This document shows positions 56,101 to 64,000 of a stretch of 64,000 bases of DNA, piece by piece; position 1 is the stretch's first letter; each line of letters begins with the position of its first letter. The stretch comes from the human T2T-CHM13v2.0 reference genome, Homo sapiens: assembly GCF_009914755.1 (NCBI RefSeq), contig NC_060931.1. One strand, given 5' to 3'. The notes beneath the pieces are model-generated. The model was given only the letters and a program-made list of their open reading frames with translations. It made no database searches and had not been told where the DNA came from. A program made the position numbers and the translations under genes.

Positions 56101-59100
56101 ACTTGTTGAAGGCAGCCTATTTCCTGAGACCAGGCAGGCTCTGCCTGCACCATTTTCCTTGCTTAGGTAGGCTGAAAACCCTGACAGCCTGGTGACCGAA
56201 ACTGCCTCATGCATGCACCAGTGGCGGGGCACCAGGAGCAAGTAGTGAGCGCGGGCTCGAGTCACAGTGAATGCCTTCGTTGCATCTCGACAAGTCTCTG
56301 ACTCTTGGCAAAGAGGGGGTCCTCTGTGACGTGCGTCGGAGTTGGACTTCCGGTTGTCTTCTCTGGGGATCCATGGGATACTCCCACGATCCAGGATACA
56401 ATAGAGGCAGACCATTCTGAGGAAATGTCAAGGTAAGGCCAAGGGATACATCGCGAAATCCCTAAGAATCCAAAAAGATCGGCAGGATGCTTCAGGCATG
56501 CCTAGACGGAGTGGGGGTGAGTCTCCTTGAAAGTTGCACTTCTATGATTTCTGACTACAGCACTCTTGTATTCCCTGGGGCTGCCCTCCCCAGGAGGGGC
56601 TTCCTGGCGAAGCAGAACCGCGCTGCCTCAGAAACTGCCGGGCTGGGTGTTTCTGCGGGAGTGTTGGGAGTGTTGGCTGCCCGCGTGTGATGGCGGCTGT
56701 GTGTGTGTGTGTCTGTGTGCCTGTATGTGGCGTCAACTGAAAGGAATATGGCTGAAGCACTGCAGCCCTTTTTTTTTCGAGTCGCCCCACCTTCTGGAAG
56801 CCTCTCTGTGCGAAAGGGCTTGGGCTGCGGGGCTCCGTGTCCTTTACTTTTTCTGTGGTTACTGAATCCGCTATAAATTGGCGGGCTAGCTGAGATGCGA
56901 CGGGCCCCAAATTATATCCCCATGCAAAGCAGCAACTCTTCTAGAAAGCAGAGGAGCACACTACACCCAAGAACAGAAACCCCCGAGTGCCTCCTTTTCC
57001 TGTGGCCAACCCAGGGCCAGACCCTAGCAGTCCTGTGCCCAGGACTCCTTGAATCCGCCTCGATTTTGGTTCTCAATCGAGCAGGCACTTCACGTCGTGA
57101 GGCGGGCACTCCTCCATCGTCTCGGGATTTCATTCCGGGGACGGAGAGTGTGAGCTGCAGTTAGGTCAGATGGGGTGAGGATGCAATCTGGTGAGGTGTG
57201 GATGGGGTCCCGCACCTTCATCTGCTAAACAGGTGCGGACAGATGATACAGAAGGTGCTTCCAAATCCACCCCCGCATTCCCTTCGTCCACAGGCCGTCC
57301 AAACCATAGCCCAGTGCCCAGCTGGGAGGATTCCAACCTGCCAGGGAACAGTTGGAGTGCAAACCCAGGCCATTCTGGCCAGCTCCCGATTTCCGCAGTC
57401 ATTCCGGGAGCCACAGGGGAGTGGGATGGACTGAGGCTGGGTGGGATGTGGCCGGCACACCAGCCTCCTCTTTTCCTGACTTCCATGTTTCTCGTGGGCC
57501 TAGGGTTTCCTGGGTCTGGCTCAAAGGCTTCCACAGGAAACGATTCCCTGTCCACGGAGGACGACCCTCATGGGGACAATTGAATGAGTGTTTCCTTCTA
57601 AACACTGTCACGGTTTAAGCACTAGGCTGCTGTGATACTTTTGGAAGGGTAAATTCCCGTTACATCCGCCAACAAGGAAGCTCTGGTTTTCCCACTTCTA
57701 TCAGAGGGCTGCATGATTCCTGTAGGATGAGAAGCAGGCAACAGTGTCTGGCTTTTGCCGGGTAATCTAGGCTCTGTTTCATTTCATCTGCACATCCACT
57801 GTCCTTGTGGGGGGGCTGTTGCTGGGTGGGACTTCCTCTCACCCCAGATCTTGGCTGCCAGGGACTTCAGGGGGCACAAGGGACTTGGAGTAGGCTGACT
57901 TCACTCCAGGTCATGGGTCGTGGTCTCTTTGTGGGGGCTGGGGTTGTTTGAACTCTGCGGGAGGCTCTTGGGTCCTCTGGCAAGGATCCGTGAGCTTGAC
58001 TTGGACTCCAGCCCAAACCCTCTAGTTCTGCCAGGCGAGTCTTGATTTTCTTGTGCTTTCACGGGGGATCCACAGTGCCCCTCAGCAGCACTCGTGGACA
58101 CCCATTTCAGTCTTGCAATCGCTGTAGACGGACTCTGAGACACTCTCTGATCCTCACGTGCCCCCGTGGGATGCCAGTTCCAGGGGTGAGACCTCTTCTC
58201 CACCGTGTCCTTTCCTTTGTCGTGGTTCCTGCTTCTCCCAGATTGCCCGTGGGTGCTGAGAAGCGGGAGCCCCTAAACGGCCCGGGATGAAGGGAGGCCG
58301 TGAGCTCAAGGGCCCCGCAATCTTCCGCTGACACCCTCCTCTGGGGTCGCAGGTATGAATCCATCACCCGGAGACCCCTCAACAACTCACCAGACTGCAT
58401 TCCCAACCCCCTGGGACCCGATTCCTGCACACAGCCTTTTTCGGGAAGGGAGTCCCAAGAGCAGCTTTCAGCGCCCACCTCACGGTCTCCAATCGCCTCC
58501 TCCTCCAGGGGGAGCCGACCACGGAGACGGCCCCAGGAGGCCCTGTGGTCGAGACTTTTATAGTCCCGCAATGGTAGTCGCAGGCAGCCCTTTTCCTGAC
58601 CAGGCCGTCTCTGCCTGCACCATTGTCCTTGCTTAGGCGGGCTGACAGCCCCGACAGCCTGGCGCCCGAGGCAGCCTCACGAATGCGCATGTGCCAGTGG
58701 CGGGGCACAAGGCGCCAGCGGCGAGCACTGGCTTGCTTCACAGTGAACGCCTTCGTTGCCTGGCGACTAGTCCCTGCGGCTTAGCGGAGAGGGGGCGTCG
58801 GCGTTGGGCTCTCGCCTGTCTTCTCTGGGGGGATCCTCGGGATACTCCCACGATCTAGGACAGGGCAGGGGCGAGCCAGCCTGAGGAAACGTCAAGGGAA
58901 GGCCCAGGGATACACCGCGAAATCCCTAAGAATGCAAAAGGATCCGCAGGAGGCGTCAGGCCTGCCTAGACGGAGTGGGGTGAGTCTCCTTAAACGTTGC
59001 CCCCCTGTGATTTCTGACTACAGCAGGCCTGTGTTCCCCGGGGCTGCCCTCTCCCGGGAGGGGCTTCCCGGCGGAGCAGAACCGCGCTGCCTCAGAAGCT

Positions 59101-61436
59101 GCCGGGCTGTGTGTTTCTGCGGGAGTGTTGCGAGTGTTGGCTGCCCGAGTGTGTATGCGGCTGTCTGTGTGTGCGCGTGTGTGTGTTTCTGTGTGTGTCT
59201 GTGTGCGTGAAGGCGGCGTCCGCTGAAAGGAATATGGCTCAAGCACTGCAGCGCTTTTTCTTTTTTTTCCGAGTGGCCCGACCTTCTGGTACGCCTCTGT
59301 GCGGCTCTGCTTGGGCTGCGGGGCTCCGCGTCCTGTATTTTTTCCGTGGTTCCTGAATCCGCGGTGAATTGGGGGGCTGGCTGAGACGCGCAGGAGCCCA
59401 AATCACCACCCCCCCCCCACCAAGCAGCAACTGGTCTAGAAAGAAGAGGAGCACACCACACCCAAGAAGAGAAACCTCCGAGCGCCTCCTTTTCCGGTGG
59501 CCAACCCAGGGCCAGACCCTAGCAGTCCTGTGCGCAGGGCTCCTTGAATCCACCTCGAATTCGGTTCCCAGCCGAGCAGGCGCTTCACGTCGTGAGGCGG
59601 GCACTCCTCCATCGTCTCGGGATTTCATTCCAGTAATGGATAGTGTGAGCAGCAAGTAGGTCAGATAGGGGTAAGGATGCAATCTGGTGAGGTGTGGATG
59701 GGGTCCCGCACCTTCATCTGCTAAACAGGTGCGGACAGATGATACAGAAGGTGCTTCCCACTTCACCCCCGCATTCACTTCGTCGCACAAGCCGTCCACA
59801 CCATGGCCCGGTGCCCAGGTGGGAGGACTCCAACGTGCCGGGGAATAGTTGGAGCAAACCCTGACCATTCTGGCCATCTCCCAATTTCGGCTGTCATTCC
59901 CGGAGCCACATGAAGTTTGAATGGACTGAGGCTGGGCGTGATGTGTCCTGCACCCCGGCCTCCTCTTTTCCTGACTTCCATTTTTCTCGTGGGCCTAGAG
60001 TTTCCTTGGTCTGGCTCAAAGGCTTCTACAGTAAACCTTTCCGTGTTCACAGAGGACGACCCTCATGGGGACCATTGTATGAGTGTTTCCGTCTAAACAC
60101 TGTCACGTTTTGCGGACTAGGCAGCTGTGATACTTTTGGAACAGTAAATTCCTGTTACATCCGCCAACAACGAAACTCTTGTTCTCCCACTTCTATAGGA
60201 TTGCAGCATGATTCCTATATGATGGGACCTAGGCTGCCAAGTCTGGCTTTTGCCTAATATTCTAGGCTCTTTTTCATTTCATCTGCACGTCTTTTCTCAT
60301 TGTGGATTTCGTTGGTCTTTGGGCTGTTGCTGTATGTGAGTGCCTCTCACCACAGATCTTTTGCTTGCCAGGGATTTTAGGGATCTCAAGGGTTTTTCAG
60401 TAGTTTGGCTGCACTCCAGGTTGTGGGTAGTCGTCTCATTTTGGGGGGCCGGATTTTTTGCACTTTACAGGAGTCTCTTGGGTTTCTGGCAAGAATCCAT
60501 GAACATGGGTTTGACTCCAGCACAAACCCTCTCATTCTCCCATTTGAGCCTTTATTTCCCTTTGCTTTCATGGGGGATCCACAGTGCCCCTCAACAGCAC
60601 TCCTGGGCACCCGTTTCAGTCTTGCAATCACCCCAGACGGTTTCTGAAACTCTCTCTCAACCTTATGTGTCCTTGTTGGATGCCAGTTCCAGGTGTGAGA
60701 CCTCTTCTCCGTCTTGGACTTGCCTTTATTGTCGTTCCTGCCTTACCCAGACAGCCGCGCTGAGAAGCAGGACTCCCTGGGGGGCCCTGGATGAACGGAG
60801 GCAGTGAGCTCAAAGGCCTCACAGTCTTCCACTGACACCCTCCTCTGGGGTCTCAGGTATGATTCCATCACCCGGAGATCCCTCAACAACTCACCAGACT
60901 GTATTCCCTTCTCCCTGGGACCGGATTCTTGCACACAGACTCTTTCGGGAATGGAGTCCAAAGAGAAGTTCCCAGCGCCCACCTCACATTCTCGAATCGC
61001 CTTTTCCTCCAGCGGGACCCGACTAATGAGACGGCCCGAGGATGCCCTATGGTAGTTACTTTTAGGCTTCCACAGTGATTGTCGCAGGCAGCATTTTCCC
61101 TAGACTAGGCCGGCTCTGCCTTCCCATTTTCCTCTGCTGAGGCAGGCTGACAGCCCTGACAGCCCTGACAGCCTGGCCCCAGCACCTGCCTCGCGGATTC
61201 GCATGCGCCAGTCGCGGGACACCTGTCGCGAGCGGTGAGCCTTGGCTCGCGTGTCAGTGTATGCCACCGTTGCCTGGTGACAAGTTTCTCCCTCTTGGTG
61301 GACCAGGGGACCTTTGTGGACATGTGTCGGCGTTGGACTCTTGCTCCTCTTCTCTGGGGGATCCACGGGATAGTCCCACGATCCCAGGAGAAGGCAGGGA
61401 TAAGCCAGCCTTAGGAATCGTCAACAGTGCCCCAAG
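44118..61436. repeat. Tandem macrosatellite array, ~7 diverged units of ~2.49 kb, SST1/NBL2 (MER22) family
   Basis: Landmark CTT(C)CACAGTAAA..CAC.GAGGA recurs at ~45090, 47580, 50070, 52560, 55045, 57530, 60020 (spacing about 2485-2495); each unit has a (GT)n tract; GC/CpG-rich. Family name is from recognition. Confidence 0.88.
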
Positions 61437-63634
61437 GCCTCCCCAAGCCCTCTCTGTGGTCCTGGCTTTGCCTCCTCCAAGGTGCTGTGACCTTAAGCAA
61501 GTCACTGCCTCTCCTGCAGGCCTTCTGTTAGGACAGAGATAAATGGATCAGAGAGAAAACAGAAAAGGTTATTCCAGCCCTCCTCTCTTCTGCCCCTTCA
61601 CTGACTGCCTGGTAAAATTGTACCTCTTGGTCACATTTGCTACTCATTAAGTCACCTGTCCTGTGGGAAAGTCCTCACGTTGGTGATATGAGGTCCCACT
61701 ATCTACCCTTTAGGAATTGCAGAGTCTCATGAATCTGTGTGTGTTCATCCCAGGGTCACTTCGCACCTACACCTCCAGACCTCTAGGTCGCCCTGGGTTA
61801 ATACTGAGACTAGAGGGAGAAGCAATTACAGGAGAGAAGGAGAGGAAGTGAGGAGGCATAATAGGGGATCTGGGGTTTGGTGATGCAGGAGGGACAGGGT
61901 CACAAAAGATTCACTGGATATGAGAAGCCCGCCCACGGAAAAGCTTCTAAAGATGGGTAAGGCGGTGCTGGGGCCACAGTGCCATTGGCCAAGGCAGACA
62001 TCAACTGGGAGGGAGTGGAGGAGATGAGAAAGTTAGAAGGAAAGGGAAGGCCCAGATCAGATCTTGATGCGCTTTTCTTCCTAGACCAGCATGGTTTTCA
62101 TTACTCAAATTCTCACAGGGCTAAGATCTTGGTTTAAACAAATCACTCTGGCTTACCACTGAGCTCAGAAAAGACTGCAGGGGCCTTGGGCAGAAGCAGG
62201 GAGACTGATACCAGAAAGGTAGCTACTGTGATAATTATGCAGGCTTAGGTGGGGGAAACCACACTGATGCTGACTAGGTACTCTGGATTTCCACCTCTGC
62301 AAGGCAGCTTCCTCACTTATTCAGTGAGGACACAGCCACCTGTTGCAGAGCAGTTTTGAAGAAGAAATAAGGTTCACAGGCCCAGCTCAGCACACAGTAG
62401 GCTCTGAAGAGGCCTCCTTTACTCAGTTGAATGAGCCCAGAACATTTGAACTGTTGCTTGCTGTGTGACCCCGGGAAGGTTACTTCACCTTACTGAGCTG
62501 GTTTTCTCCTTAAAGTGGGGTGGGGTAGACATGTCAGGATGCAGAATGGAGCTGGACAGAATGTAGGCATTTCTGCTGCATCTGGAAAGTAAGATAAGTG
62601 AGCTCACTGTCACAAAAGGCACAGAAGAGGAAACTAAATTTGCACTTGGTGGAGAAAATTTAACTCTACTAATATAAACTGACCATCGCTACATGTTTAC
62701 TGGGCACCTGGTGCAGGGCTAAGAAATCTGCCATTATAATCTGATGCAGTGGCACTGAGCCTGCAGAGTCAATGTGCACTCACAAACTCAACCACTGTCA
62801 TCTCACTTAACCCTCACACATCACCTGTCAGAGGTAATCCCCAATCTCCATAGTACAATTGAGGAGACTGAGACCAAGGTGGTGAAGGATCTTAACCAAA
62901 GCCAGGTACAGTGGAGTTCTCAACGCGAAAGGAACTCACACCTGGGCACACCTGCATGAGGTGACCTACGATGCTTTTTACTTTCCATCAAAACAGTAAT
63001 TGATGCTCATATCACCTTCTTGTGGTACAAGAAGGAAACCACAGAAGAGAATGAAAATGGAAAACATACATCATCACCAATGTTGCCTCCCAGAGATGAG
63101 CATGGTCCCCATGTGGAAGTCTTCTGTCCATTTCTCCCTTGGCCTGCACACATTATGATAGTGGCAGCAGATCTGTGCTGGGCATTTACCAGGCTGGGCA
63201 CGACACCAAGAACTTTACAGATGTCCCTTCACTTATTCCTCACAAAGGTGTTATGTCCCAAGGACACTGGGGACCCTATGGAGACTACTTTTCCATGGTC
63301 GGTACTTGGTTTGGACTGAGGTCTCATGTGGATCAAATCCCTGTGTGTGTGCAAAGCTAGGTCTATCATTATTTTCTGATGGATGAAGTGGAGGCCATGC
63401 TGTGAATGTGTGCACGTGCAAGTCTTTGACACAGGCAGTTTTCTCTAAAATGCACAGCCTGCCTTACCAACTTAACTCCTTCCACACCTCAGACCAGCCC
63501 CTGCAATTGCCCTTTGCATGTTCTCATCTGGCCTCATGATCATGAGACCCTTCCACGTGGGTCTCCCTCCTTCCATGTGGCCCTGCATGGCAGGCAGGGC
63601 ACATGCTAACCTGTCTTCTGGTAGTTTGGAGTGA

Positions 63635-63990
<356 letters not shown>

Positions 63991-64000
63991 TGTCTTTTTT

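Noticed and set aside
44388-61542. Dozens of 60-212 aa ORFs on both strands in the macrosatellite
   Set aside because: Frames, starts and stops are not conserved between units and no domains are recognisable; expected in GC-rich repeats

Overview
Primate (almost certainly human) genomic DNA from a ZNF91-type KRAB zinc-finger cluster; the coding exon matches ZNF138 (7q11.21) from recalled protein sequence. In order: (1) Alu/L1-rich last intron and final C2H2 exon of ZNF138 (9863-10614), with more in-frame fingers stranded behind a premature TAA. (2) An internally deleted, minus-strand HERV-Fc-type provirus (13309-18572) with two LTRs, a 5-bp TSD and a tRNA-Phe PBS, inserted 13 nt after the gene's AATAAA. 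Its nucleocapsid has three CCHC knuckles and it shows a G-to-A (APOBEC3-like) lesion pattern. (3) A near-full-length old L1PB. (4) A SEPHS1 retrocopy lacking one internal 71-codon segment. (5) An EEF1D retrocopy split by a MER9/HML-3 solo LTR. (6) A 33-nt tailless U2 retrocopy. (7) A ~17.3-kb array of about seven diverged ~2.49-kb SST1/NBL2-type macrosatellite units with layered subtype order and a repeated promoter/splice-donor cassette. No wholly new gene system is demonstrable from sequence alone. Most ORFs in the supplied track are Alu, L1 or satellite noise. Repeat subfamily names and gene symbols come from recognition, not database searches; Alu/L1 boundaries are approximate.
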